Positions 41,216 through 55,620 of a stretch of DNA of 64,000 nucleotides are shown here, piece after piece; the stretch's first letter is position 1, and each line of letters starts with the position of its first letter. The DNA comes from Eledone cirrhosa (lineage: Eukaryota). The notes beneath the pieces are model-generated. The model saw only the letters and a list, made by a program, of their open reading frames with translations, ran no database searches and had not been told where the DNA came from. The translations under genes were made by a program, and so were the position numbers. Location of the stretch: assembly GCA_964016885.1 (NCBI GenBank), contig OZ024740.1, forward strand, positions 296,484,001 through 296,548,000, given 5' to 3'.

Positions 41216-42079
41216 GGTGATCCATTTTTATTTGGGGGATCCATTTTTTATTTGTGTGATCCATTTTTTATTTGGCGGATCCATTTTTTATTTGGAGGAT
41301 CCATTTTTTATTTGGGGATCCATTTTTTATTTAGGTGATCCATTTTTTAGTTGGGTGATCCATTTTTATTTGGGGGATCCATTTTTTATTTGTGTGATCC
41401 ATTTTTTATTTGGCGGATCCATTTTTATTTGGGGGATCCATTTTTTATTTGTGTGATCCATTTTTTATTTGGCAGATCCATTTTTTATTTGGGGGAACCA
41501 TTTTTTATTTGGGTGATCCATTTTTTATTTGGCGGATCCATTTTTTATTTGGGTGATCCATTTTTTATTTGGGGGATCCATTTTTTATTTGGGTGATCCA
41601 TTTTTTATTTGGGTGATCCATTTTTGATTTGGGTGATCCATTTTTTATTTGGGGGATCCATTTTTTATTTGGGTGATCCATTTTTTATTTGGGGGATCCA
41701 TTTTTTATTTGGGAGATCCATTTTTTATTTGGGTGATCCATTTTTTATTTGGGTGATCCATTTTTTATTTGTTGGATCCATTTTTTATTTGGGGGATCCA
41801 TTTTTATTTGGGGGACCCTATTTTTATTTGGGGGATCCATTTTACATTTGGGGTATCCATTTTTTATTTGGGTGATCCATTTTTTATTTGGGGGATCCAT
41901 TTTTTATTTGGGTGATCCATTTTTTATTTGGGTGATCCATTTTTTATTTGGGGGATCCATTTTTTATTTGGGTGATCCATTTTTTATTTGGGGGATCCAT
42001 TTTTTATTTGGGTGATCCATTTTCTATTTGGGGGATCGATTTTTTATTTGGGGGTTCCATTTTTTATTTGGGGGATCCA

Positions 42080-45000
42080 TCAAATAAAAAATGGATCACC
42101 CAAATAAAAAATGGATCACCCAAATAAAAAATGGATCCCCCAAATAGAAAATGGATCCATTTTTTATTTGGGTGATCCATATTTTATTTGGGTGATCCAT
42201 TTTTATTTGGGGGATCCATTTTTTATTTGTGTGATCCATTTTTTATTTGGCGGATCCATTTTTTATTTGGAGGATCCATTTTTTATTTGGGGATCCATTT
42301 TTTATTTAGGTGATCCATTTTTTAGTTGGGTGATCCATTTTTATTTGGGGGATCCATTTTTTATTTGTGTGATCCATTTTTTATTTGGCGGATCCATTTT
42401 TATTTGGGGGATCCATTTTTTATTTGTGTGATCCATTTTTTATTTGGCAGATCCATTTTTTATTTGGGGGAACCATTTTTTATTTGGGTGATCCATTTTT
42501 TATTTGGCGGATCCATTTTTTATTTGGGTGATCCATTTTTTATTTGGGGGATCCATTTTTTATTTGGGTGATCCATTTTTTATTTGGGTGATCCATTTTT
42601 GATTTGGGTGATCCATTTTTTATTTGGGGGATCCATTTTTTATTTGGGTGATCCATTTTTTATTTGGGTGATCCATTTTTTATTTGGGAGATCCATTTTT
42701 TATTTTGGTGACCCATTTTTTATTTTGGTGATCCATTTTTTATTTGTTGGATCCATTTTTTATTTGGGGGATCTATTTTTATTTGGGGGTCCCTATTTTT
42801 ATTTGGGGGATCCATTTTACATTTGGGTGATCCATTTTTTATTTGGGTGATCCATTTTTTATTTGGTGGATCCATTTTTTATTTGGGGTATCCATTTTTT
42901 ATTTGGGTGATCCATTTTTTATTTGGGGGATCCATTTTTTATTTGGGTGATCCATTTTTTATTTGGGTGATCCATTTTTTATTTGGGTGATCCATTTTTT
43001 ATTTGTTGGATCCATTTTTTATTTGGGGGATCCATTTTTTATTTGGGGGTTCCATTTTTTATTTGGGGGATCCATTTTACATTTGGGTGATCCATTTTTT
43101 ATTTGGGTGATCCATTTTTTATTTGGGGGATCCATTTTTTATTTGGGTGATCCATTTTTTATTTGGGTGATTCAGTTTTTGTTTGGGTGATCCATTTTTT
43201 ATTTGGGGGATCCATTTTTTATTTGGGTGATCCATTTTTTATTTGTTGGATCCATTTTTTATTTGGGGGATCCATTTTTTATTTGGGGGATCCATTTTTT
43301 ATTTGGGTGATCCATTTTTTATTTGGGGGATCCATTTTTTATTTAGGTGATCCATTTTTTAGTTGGGTGATCCATTTTTTGGGGGGGGATCCATTTTTTA
43401 TTTGTGTGATCCATTTTTTATTTGGCGGATCCATTTTTATTTGGGGGATCCATTTTTTATTTGTGTGATCCATTTTTTATTTGGCAGATCCATTTTTTAT
43501 TTGGGGGATCCATTTTTTATTTGGGTGATCCATTTTTTATTTGGGGGATCCATTTTTTATTTGGGTGATCCATTTTTTATTTGGGTGATCCAGTTTTTGT
43601 TTGGATGATCCATTTTTTATTTGGGGGATCCATTTTTTATTTGGGTGATCCATTTTTTATTTGTTGGATCCATTTTTTATTTGGGGGATCCATTTTTTAT
43701 TTGGGGGTTCCATTTTTTATTTGGGGGATCCATTTTACATTTGGGTGATCCATTTTTTATTTGGGTGATCCATTTTTTATTTGGGGGATCCATTTTTTAT
43801 TTAGGGGATCCATTTTTTATTTGGGGTTCCATTTTTTATTTGGGTGATCCATTTTTTATTTGGGGGATCCATTTTTTATTTAGGTGATCCATTTTTTAGT
43901 TGGGTGATCCATTTTTATTTGGGGGATCCATTTTTTATTTGTGTGATCCATTTTTTATTTGGCGGATCCATTTTTTATTTGGGGGATCCATTTTTTATTT
44001 GGGGATCCATTTTTTATTTAGGTGATCCATTTTTTAGTTGGGTGATCCATTTTTATTTGGGGGATCCATTTTTTATTTGTGTGATCCATTTTTTATTTGG
44101 CGTATCCATTTTTATTTGGGGGATCCATTTTTTATTTGTGTGATCCATTTTTTATTTGGCAGATCCATTTTTTATTTGGGGGATCCATTTTTTATTTGGG
44201 TGATCCATTTTTTATTTGGGGGATCCATTTTTTATTTGGGTGATACATTTTTTATTTGGGGGATCCATTTTTTATTTGGGTGATCCATTTTTTATTTGGG
44301 TGATCCATATTTTATTTGGGTGATCCATTTTTTATTTGGGGGATCCATTTTTTATTAGGGTGATCCAATTTTTTATTTGGGTGATCCATTTTTTATTTGG
44401 GTGATCCATTTTTTATTTGGGTGATCCATTTTTTATTTGGGGGATCCATTTTTTATTTGGGTGATCCATTTTTGATTTGGGTGATCCATTTTTTATTTGG
44501 GGGATCCATTTTTTATTTGGGTGATCCATTTTTTATTTGGGGGATCCATTTTTTATTTGGGAGATCCATTTTTGATTTGGGTGATCCATTTTTTATTTGG
44601 GTGATTCATTTTTTATTTGTTGGATCCATTTTTTATTTGGGGGATCCATTTTTATTTGGGGGACCCTATTTTTATTTGGGGGATCCATTTTACATTTGGG
44701 TGATCCATTTTTTATTTGGGTGATCCATTTTTTATTTGGTGGATCCATTTTTTATTTGGGGTATCCATTTTTTATTTGGGTGATCCATTTTTTATTTGGG
44801 GGATCCATTTTTTATTTGGGTTATCCATTTTTTATTTGGGTGATCCATTTTTTATTTGGGTGATCCATTTTTTATTTGTTGGATCCATTTTTTATTTGGG
44901 GGATCCATTTTTTATTTGGGGGTTCCATTTTTTATTTGGGGGATCCATTTTACATTTGGGTGATCCATTTTTTATTTGGGTGATCCATTTTTTATTTGGG

Positions 45001-48000
45001 GGATCCATTTTTTATTTGGGTGATCCATTTTTTATTTGGGTGATCCAGTTTTTGTTTGGGTGATCCATTTTTTATTTGGGGGATCCATCAAATAAAAAAT
45101 GGATCACCCAAATAAAAAATGGATCACCCAAATAAAAAATGGATCCCCCAAATAGAAAATGGATCCATTTTTTATTTGGGTGATCCATATTTTATTTGGG
45201 TGATCCATTTTTATTTGGGGGATCCATTTTTTATTTGTGTGATCCATTTTTTATTTGGCGGATCCATTTTTTATTTGGAGGATCCATTTTTTATTTGGGG
45301 ATCCATTTTTTATTTAGGTGATCCATTTTTTAGTTGGGTGATCCATTTTTATTTGGGGGATCCATTTTTTATTTGTGTGATCCATTTTTTATTTGGCGGA
45401 TCCATTTTTATTTGGGGGATCCATTTTTTATTTGTGTGATCCATTTTTTATTTGGCAGATCCATTTTTTATTTGGGGGAACCATTTTTTATTTGGGTGAT
45501 CCATTTTTTATTTGGCGGATCCATTTTTTATTTGGGTGATCCATTTTTTATTTGGGGGATCCATTTTTTATTTGGGTGATCCATTTTTGATTTGGGTGAT
45601 CCATTTTTTATTTGGGGGATCCATTTTTTATTTGGGTGATCCATTTTTTATTTGGGTGATCCATTTTTTATTTGGGGGATCCATTTTTTATTTGGGAGAT
45701 CCATTTTTTATTTGGGTGATCCATTTTTTATTTGGGTGATCCATTTTTTATTTGTTGGATCCATTTTTTATTTGGGGGATCCATTTTTACTTGGGGGACC
45801 CTATTTTTATTTGGGGGATCCATTTTACATTTGGGGTATCCATTTTTTATTTGGGTGATCCATTTTTTATTTGGGGGATCCATTTTTTATTTGGGTGATC
45901 CATTTTTTATTTGGGTGAGCCATTTTTTATTTGGGTGATCCATTTTTTATTTGTTGGATCCATTTTTTATTTGGTGGATCGACTTTTTATTTGGGGGTTC
46001 CATTTTTTATTTGGGGGATCCATTTTACATTTGGGTGATCCATTTTTTATTTGGGTGATCCATTTTTTATTTGGGGGATCCATTTTTTATTTGGGTGATC
46101 CATTTTTTATTTGGGGGATCCATTTTTTATTTGGGTGATCCATTTTCTATTTGGGGGATCGATTTTTTATTTGGGGGTTCCATTTTTTATTTGGGGGATC
46201 CATCAAATAAAAAATGGATCACCCAAATAAAAAATGGATCACCCAAATAAAAAATGGATCCCCCAAATAGAAAATGGATCCATTTTTTATTTGGGTGATC
46301 CATATTTTATTTGGGTGATCCATTTTTATTTGGGGGATCCATTTTTTATTTGTGTGATCCATTTTTTATTTGGCGGATCCATTTTTTATTTGGAGGATCC
46401 ATTTTTTATTTGGGGATCCATTTTTTATTTAGGTGATCCATTTTTTAGTTGGGTGATCCATTTTTATTTGGGGGATCCATTTTTTATTTGTGTGATCCAT
46501 TTTTTATTTGGCGGATCCATTTTTATTTGGGGGATCCATTTTTTATTTGTGTGATCCATTTTTTATTTGGCAGATCCATTTTTTATTTGGGGGAACCATT
46601 TTTTATTTGGGTGATCCATTTTTTATTTGGCGGATCCATTTTTTATTTGGGTGATCCATTTTTTATTTGGGGGATCCATTTTTTATTTGGGTGATCCATT
46701 TTTTATTTGGGTGATCCATTTTTGATTTGGGTGATCCATTTTTTATTTGGGGGATCCATTTTTTATTTGGGTGATCCATTTTTTATTTGGGTGATCCATT
46801 TTTTATTTGGGAGATCCATTTTTTATTTTGGTGACCCATTTTTTATTTTGGTGATCCATTTTTTATTTGTTGGATCCATTTTTTATTTGGGGGATCTATT
46901 TTTATTTGGGGGTCCCTATTTTTATTTGGGGGATCCATTTTACATTTGGGTGATCCATTTTTTATTTGGGTGATCCATTTTTTATTTGGTGGATCCATTT
47001 TTTATTTGGGGTATCCATTTTTTATTTGGGTGATCCATTTTTTATTTGGGGGATCCATTTTTTATTTGGGTGATCCATTTTTTATTTGGGTGATCCATTT
47101 TTTATTTGGGTGATCCATTTTTTATTTGTTGGATCCATTTTTTATTTGGGGGATCCATTTTTTATTTGGGGGTTCCATTTTTTATTTGGGGGATCCATTT
47201 TACATTTGGGTGATCCATTTTTTATTTGGGTGATCCATTTTTTATTTGGGGGATCCATTTTTTATTTGGGTGATCCATTTTTTATTTGGGTGATTCAGTT
47301 TTTGTTTGGGTGATCCATTTTTTATTTGGGGGATCCATTTTTTATTTGGGTGATCCATTTTTTATTTGTTGGATCCATTTTTTATTTGGGGGATCCATTT
47401 TTTATTTGGGGGATCCATTTTTTATTTGGGTGATCCATTTTTTATTTGGGGGATCCATTTTTTATTTAGGTGATCCATTTTTTAGTTGGGTGATCCATTT
47501 TTTGGGGGGGGATCCATTTTTTATTTGTGTGATCCATTTTTTATTTGGCGGATCCATTTTTATTTGGGGGATCCATTTTTTATTTGTGTGATCCATTTTT
47601 TATTTGGCAGATCCATTTTTTATTTGGGGGATCCATTTTTTATTTGGGTGATCCATTTTTTATTTGGGGGATCCATTTTTTATTTGGGTGATCCATTTTT
47701 TATTTGGGTGATCCAGTTTTTGTTTGGATGATCCATTTTTTATTTGGGGGATCCATTTTTTATTTGGGTGATCCATTTTTTATTTGTTGGATCCATTTTT
47801 TATTTGGGGGATCCATTTTTTATTTGGGGGTTCCATTTTTTATTTGGGGGATCCATTTTACATTTGGGTGATCCATTTTTTATTTGGGTGATCCATTTTT
47901 TATTTGGGGGATCCATTTTTTATTTAGGGGATCCATTTTTTATTTGGGGTTCCATTTTTTATTTGGGTGATCCATTTTTTATTTGGGGGATCCATTTTTT

Positions 48001-50400
48001 ATTTAGGTGATCCATTTTTTAGTTGGGTGATCCATTTTTATTTGGGGGATCCATTTTTTATTTGTGTGATCCATTTTTTATTTGGCGGATCCATTTTTTA
48101 TTTGGGGGATCCATTTTTTATTTGGGGATCCATTTTTTATTTAGGTGATCCATTTTTTAGTTGGGTGATCCATTTTTATTTGGGGGATCCATTTTTTATT
48201 TGTGTGATCCATTTTTTATTTGGCGTATCCATTTTTATTTGGGGGATCCATTTTTTATTTGTGTGATCCATTTTTTATTTGGCAGATCCATTTTTTATTT
48301 GGGGGATCCATTTTTTATTTGGGTGATCCATTTTTTATTTGGGGGATCCATTTTTTATTTGGGTGATACATTTTTTATTTGGGGGATCCATTTTTTATTT
48401 GGGTGATCCATTTTTTATTTGGGTGATCCATATTTTATTTGGGTGATCCATTTTTTATTTGGGGGATCCATTTTTTATTAGGGTGATCCAATTTTTTATT
48501 TGGGTGATCCATTTTTTATTTGGGTGATCCATTTTTTATTTGGGTGATCCATTTTTTATTTGGGGGATCCATTTTTTATTTGGGTGATCCATTTTTGATT
48601 TGGGTGATCCATTTTTTATTTGGGGGATCCATTTTTTATTTGGGTGATCCATTTTTTATTTGGGGGATCCATTTTTTATTTGGGAGATCCATTTTTGATT
48701 TGGGTGATCCATTTTTTATTTGGGTGATTCATTTTTTATTTGTTGGATCCATTTTTTATTTGGGGGATCCATTTTTATTTGGGGGACCCTATTTTTATTT
48801 GGGGGATCCATTTTACATTTGGGTGATCCATTTTTTATTTGGGTGATCCATTTTTTATTTGGTGGATCCATTTTTTATTTGGGGTATCCATTTTTTATTT
48901 GGGTGATCCATTTTTTATTTGGGGGATCCATTTTTTATTTGGGTTATCCATTTTTTATTTGGGTGATCCATTTTTTATTTGGGTGATCCATTTTTTATTT
49001 GTTGGATCCATTTTTTATTTGGGGGATCCATTTTTTATTTGGGGGTTCCATTTTTTATTTGGGGGATCCATTTTACATTTGGGTGATCCATTTTTTATTT
49101 GGGTGATCCATTTTTTATTTGGGGGATCCATTTTTTATTTGGGTGATCCATTTTTTATTTGGGTGATCCAGTTTTTGTTTGGGTGATCCATTTTTTATTT
49201 GGGGGATCCATCAAATAAAAAATGGATCACCCAAATAAAAAATGGATCACCCAAATAAAAAATGGATCCCCCAAATAGAAAATGGATCCATTTTTTATTT
49301 GGGTGATCCATATTTTATTTGGGTGATCCATTTTTATTTGGGGGATCCATTTTTTATTTGTGTGATCCATTTTTTATTTGGCGGATCCATTTTTTATTTG
49401 GAGGATCCATTTTTTATTTGGGGATCCATTTTTTATTTAGGTGATCCATTTTTTAGTTGGGTGATCCATTTTTATTTGGGGGATCCATTTTTTATTTGTG
49501 TGATCCATTTTTTATTTGGCGGATCCATTTTTATTTGGGGGATCCATTTTTTATTTGTGTGATCCATTTTTTATTTGGCAGATCCATTTTTTATTTGGGG
49601 GAACCATTTTTTATTTGGGTGATCCATTTTTTATTTGGCGGATCCATTTTTTATTTGGGTGATCCATTTTTTATTTGGGGGATCCATTTTTTATTTGGGT
49701 GATCCATTTTTTATTTGGGTGATCCATTTTTGATTTGGGTGATCCATTTTTTATTTGGGGGATCCATTTTTTATTTGGGTGATCCATTTTTTATTTGGGG
49801 GATCCATTTTTTATTTGGGAGATCCATTTTTTATTTGGGTGATCCATTTTTTATTTGGGTGATCCATTTTTTATTTGTTGGATCCATTTTTTATTTGGGG
49901 GATCCATTTTTATTTGGGGGACCCTATTTTTATTTGGGGGATCCATTTTACATTTGGGGTATCCATTTTTTATTTGGGTGATCCATTTTTTATTTGGGGG
50001 ATCCATTTTTTATTTGGGTGATCCATTTTTTATTTGGGTGAGCCATTTTTTATTTGGGTGATCCATTTTTTATTTGTTGGATCCATTTTTTATTTGGTGG
50101 ATCGACTTTTTATTTGGGGGTTCCATTTTTTATTTGGGGGATCCATTTTACATTTGGGTGATCCATTTTTTATTTGGGTGATCCATTTTTTATTTGGGGG
50201 ATCCATTTTTTATTTGGGTGATCCATTTTTTATTTGGGGGATCCATTTTTTATTTGGGTGATCCATTTTCTATTTGGGGGATCGATTTTTTATTTGGGGG
50301 TTCCATTTTTTATTTGGGGGATCCATCAAATAAAAAATGGATCACCCAAATAAAAAATGGATCACCCAAATAAAAAATGGATCCCCCAAATAGAAAATGG
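42080..50400 (+). repeat. 4,123-bp tandem higher-order repeat (3,008 + 1,115), two copies
   Basis: Anchors 42111/46234/50357, 43163/47286 and 44397/48520. Private variant GATTCAG in both copies; G8 run at 43,381 and 47,504. Confidence 0.92.
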
Positions 50401-53400
50401 ATCCATTTTTTATTTGGGTGATCCATATTTTATTTGGGTGATCCATTTTTATTTGGGGGATCCATTTTTTATTTGTGTGATCCATTTTTTATTTTGCGGA
50501 TCCATTTTTTATTTGGAGGATCCATTTTTTATTTGGGGATCCATTTTTTATTTAGGTGATCCATTTTTTAGTTGGGTGATCCATTTTTATTTGGGGGATC
50601 CATTTTTTATTTGTGTGATCCATTTTTTATTTGGCGGATCCATTTTTATTTGGGGGATCCATTTTTTATTTGTGTGATCCATTTTTTATTTGGGTGATCC
50701 ATTTTTTATTTGGGTGATCCATTTTTTATTTGTTGGATCCATTTTTTATTTGGGGGATCCATTTTTTATTTGGGGGTTCCATTTTTTATTTGGGGGATCC
50801 ATTTTACATTTGGGTGATCCATTTTTTATTTGGGTGATCCATTTTTTATTTGGGGGATCCATTTTTTATTTGGGTGATCCATTTTTTATTTGGGTGATCC
50901 AGTTTTTGTTTGGGTGATCCATTTTTTATTTGGGGGATCCATCAAATAAAAAATGGATCACCCAAATAAAAAATGGATCACCCAAATAAAAAATGGATCC
51001 CCCAAATAGAAAATGGATCCATTTTTTATTTGGGTGATCCATATTTTATTTGGGTGATCCATTTTTATTTGGGGGATCCATTTTTTATTTGTGTGATCCA
51101 TTTTTTATTTGGCGGATCCATTTTTTATTTGGAGGATCCATTTTTTATTTGGGGATCCATTTTTTATTTAGGTGATCCATTTTTTAGTTGGGTGATCCAT
51201 TTTTATTTGGGGGATCCATTTTTTATTTGTGTGATCCATTTTTTATTTGGCGGATCCATTTTTATTTGGGGGATCCATTTTTTATTTGTGTGATCCATTT
51301 TTTATTTGGCAGATCCATTTTTTATTTGGGGGAACCATTTTTTATTTGGGTGATCCATTTTTTATTTGGCGGATCCATTTTTTATTTGGGTGATCCATTT
51401 TTTATTTGGGGGATCCATTTTTTATTTGGGTGATCCATTTTTTATTTGGGTGATCCATTTTTGATTTGGGTGATCCATTTTTTATTTGGGGGATCCATTT
51501 TTTATTTGGGTGATCCATTTTTTATTTGGGGGATCCATTTTTTATTTGGGAGATCCATTTTTTATTTGGGTGATCCATTTTTTATTTGGGTGATCCATTT
51601 TTTATTTGTTGGATCCATTTTTTATTTGGGGGATCCATTTTTATTTGGGGGACCCTATTTTTATTTGGGGGATCCATTTTACATTTGGGGTATCCATTTT
51701 TTATTTGGGTGATCCATTTTTTATTTGGGGGATCCATTTTTTATTTGGGTGATCCATTTTTTATTTGGGTGAGCCATTTTTTATTTGGGTGATCCATTTT
51801 TTATTTGTTGGATCCATTTTTTATTTGGTGGATCGACTTTTTATTTGGGGGTTCCATTTTTTATTTGGGGGATCCATTTTACATTTGGGTGATCCATTTT
51901 TTATTTGGGTGATCCATTTTTTATTTGGGGGATCCATTTTTTATTTGGGTGATCCATTTTTTATTTGGGGGATCCATTTTTTATTTGGGTGATCCATTTT
52001 CTATTTGGAGGATCGATTTTTTATTTGGGGGTTCCATTTTTTATTTGGGGGATCCATCAAATAAAAAATGGATCACCCAAATAAAAAATGGATCACCCAA
52101 ATAAAAAATGGATCCCCCAAATAGAAAATGGATCCATTTTTTATTTGGGTGATCCATATTTTATTTGGGTGATCCATTTTTATTTGGGGGATCCATTTTT
52201 TATTTGTGTGATCCATTTTTTATTTTGCGGATCCATTTTTTATTTGGAGGATCCATTTTTTATTTGGGGATCCATTTTTTATTTAGGTGATCCATTTTTT
52301 AGTTGGGTGATCCATTTTTATTTGGGGGATCCATTTTTTATTTGTGTGATCCATTTTTTATTTGGCGGATCCATTTTTATTTGGGGGATCCATTTTTTAT
52401 TTGTGTGATCCATTTTTTATTTGGCAGATCCATTTTTTATTTGGGGGAACCATTTTTTATTTGGGTGATCCATTTTTTATTTGGCGGATCCATTTTTTAT
52501 TTGGGTGATCCATTTTTTATTTGGGGGATCCATTTTTTATTTGGGTGATCCATTTTTTATTTGGGTGATCCATTTTTGATTTGGGTGATCCATTTTTTAT
52601 TTGGCAGATCCATTTTTTATTTGGGGGAACCATTTTTTATTTGGGTGATCCATTTTTTATTTGGCGGATCCATTTTTTATTTGGGTGATCCATTTTTTAT
52701 TTGGGGGATCCATTTTTTATTTGGGTGATCCATTTTTTATTTGGGTGATCCATTTTTGATTTGGGTGATCCATTTTTTATTTGGGGGATCCATTTTTTAT
52801 TTGGGTGATCCATTTTTTATTTGGGGGATCCATTTTTTATTTGGGAGATCCATTTTTTATTTGGGTGATCCATTTTTTATTTGGGTGATCCATTTTTTAT
52901 TTGTTGGATCCATTTTTTATTTGGGGGATCCATTTTTATTTGGGGGACCCTATTTTTATTTGGGGGATCCATTTTACATTTGGGGTATCCATTTTTTATT
53001 TGGGTGATCCATTTTTTATTTGGGGGATCCATTTTTTATTTGGGTGATCCATTTTTTATTTGGGTGAGCCATTTTTTATTTGGGTGATCCATTTTTTATT
53101 TGTTGGATCCATTTTTTATTTGGTGGATCGACTTTTTATTTGGGGGTTCCATTTTTTATTTGGGGGATCCATTTTACATTTGGGTGATCCATTTTTTATT
53201 TGGGTGATCCATTTTTTATTTGGGGGATCCATTTTTTATTTGGGTGATCCATTTTTTATTTGGGGGATCCATTTTTTATTTGGGTGATCCATTTTCTATT
53301 TGGGGGATCGATTTTTTATTTGGGGGTTCCATTTTTTATTTGGGGGATCCATCAAATAAAAAATGGATCACCCAAATAAAAAATGGATCACCCAAATAAA

Positions 53401-55620
53401 AAATGGATCCCCCAAATAGAAAATGGATCCATTTTTTATTTGGGTGATCCATATTTTATTTGGGTGATCCATTTTTATTTGGGGGATCCATTTTTTATTT
53501 GTGTGATCCATTTTTTATTTTGCGGATCCATTTTTTATTTGGAGGATCCATTTTTTATTTGGGGATCCATTTTTTATTTAGGTGATCCATTTTTTAGTTG
53601 GGTGATCCATTTTTATTTGGGGGATCCATTTTTTATTTGTGTGATCCATTTTTTATTTGGCGGATCCATTTTTATTTGGGGGATCCATTTTTTATTTGTG
53701 TGATCCATTTTTTATTTGGGTGATCCATTTTTTATTTGGGTGATCCATTTTTTATTTGTTGGATCCATTTTTTATTTGGGGGATCCATTTTTTATTTGGG
53801 GGTTCCATTTTTTATTTGGGGGATCCATTTTACATTTGGGTGATCCATTTTTTATTTGGGTGATCCATTTTTTATTTGGGGGATCCATTTTTTATTTGGG
53901 TGATCCATTTTTTATTTGGGTGATCCAGTTTTTGTTTGGGTGATCCATTTTTTATTTGGGGGATCCATCAAATAAAAAATGGATCACCCAAATAAAAAAT
54001 GGATCACCCAAATAAAAAATGGATCCCCCAAATAGAAAATGGATCCATTTTTTATTTGGGTGATCCATATTTTATTTGGGTGATCCATTTTTATTTGGGG
54101 GATCCATTTTTTATTTGTGTGATCCATTTTTTATTTGGCGGATCCATTTTTTATTTGGAGGATCCATTTTTTATTTGGGGATCCATTTTTTATTTAGGTG
54201 ATCCATTTTTTAGTTGGGTGATCCATTTTTATTTGGGGGATCCATTTTTTATTTGTGTGATCCATTTTTTATTTGGCGGATCCATTTTTATTTGGGGGAT
54301 CCATTTTTTATTTGTGTGATCCATTTTTTATTTGGCAGATCCATTTTTTATTTGGGGGAACCATTTTTTATTTGGGTGATCCATTTTTTATTTGGCGGAT
54401 CCATTTTTTATTTGGGTGATCCATTTTTTATTTGGGGGATCCATTTTTTATTTGGGTGATCCATTTTTTATTTGGGTGATCCATTTTTGATTTGGGTGAT
54501 CCATTTTTTATTTGGGGGATCCATTTTTTATTTGGGTGATCCATTTTTTATTTGGGGGATCCATTTTTTATTTGGGAGATCCATTTTTTATTTGGGTGAT
54601 CCATTTTTTATTTGGGTGATCCATTTTTTATTTGTTGGATCCATTTTTTATTTGGGGGATCCATTTTTATTTGGGGGACCCTATTTTTATTTGGGGGATC
54701 CATTTTACATTTGGGGTATCCATTTTTTATTTGGGTGATCCATTTTTTATTTGGGGGATCCATTTTTTATTTGGGTGATCCATTTTTTATTTGGGTGAGC
54801 CATTTTTTATTTGGGTGATCCATTTTTTATTTGTTGGATCCATTTTTTATTTGGTGGATCGACTTTTTATTTGGGGGTTCCATTTTTTATTTGGGGGATC
54901 CATTTTACATTTGGGTGATCCATTTTTTATTTGGGTGATCCATTTTTTATTTGGGGGATCCATTTTTTATTTGGGTGATCCATTTTTTATTTGGGGGATC
55001 CATTTTTTATTTGGGTGATCCATTTTCTATTTGGAGGATCGATTTTTTATTTGGGGGTTCCATTTTTTATTTGGGGGATCCATCAAATAAAAAATGGATC
55101 ACCCAAATAAAAAATGGATCACCCAAATAAAAAATGGATCCCCCAAATAGAAAATGGATCCATTTTTTATTTGGGTGATCCATATTTTATTTGGGTGATC
55201 CATTTTTATTTGGGGGATCCATTTTTTATTTGTGTGATCCATTTTTTATTTTGCGGATCCATTTTTTATTTGGAGGATCCATTTTTTATTTGGGGATCCA
55301 TTTTTTATTTAGGTGATCCATTTTTTAGTTGGGTGATCCATTTTTATTTGGGGGATCCATTTTTTATTTGTGTGATCCATTTTTTATTTGGCGGATCCAT
55401 TTTTATTTGGGGGATCCATTTTTTATTTGTGTGATCCATTTTTTATTTGGCAGATCCATTTTTTATTTGGGGGAACCATTTTTTATTTGGGTGATCCATT
55501 TTTTATTTGGCGGATCCATTTTTTATTTGGGTGATCCATTTTTTATTTGGGGGATCCATTTTTTATTTGGGTGATCCATTTTTTATTTGGGTGATCCATT
55601 TTTGATTTGGGTGATCCATT
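49570..55620 (+). repeat. 3,026-bp tandem duplication
   Basis: Anchors 50357/53383, 50973/53999 and 52088/55114. Variant TTGGAGGATCG seen only at ~52,007 and ~55,033. Junction near 52,600, where a 180-bp stretch is repeated. Confidence 0.88.
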
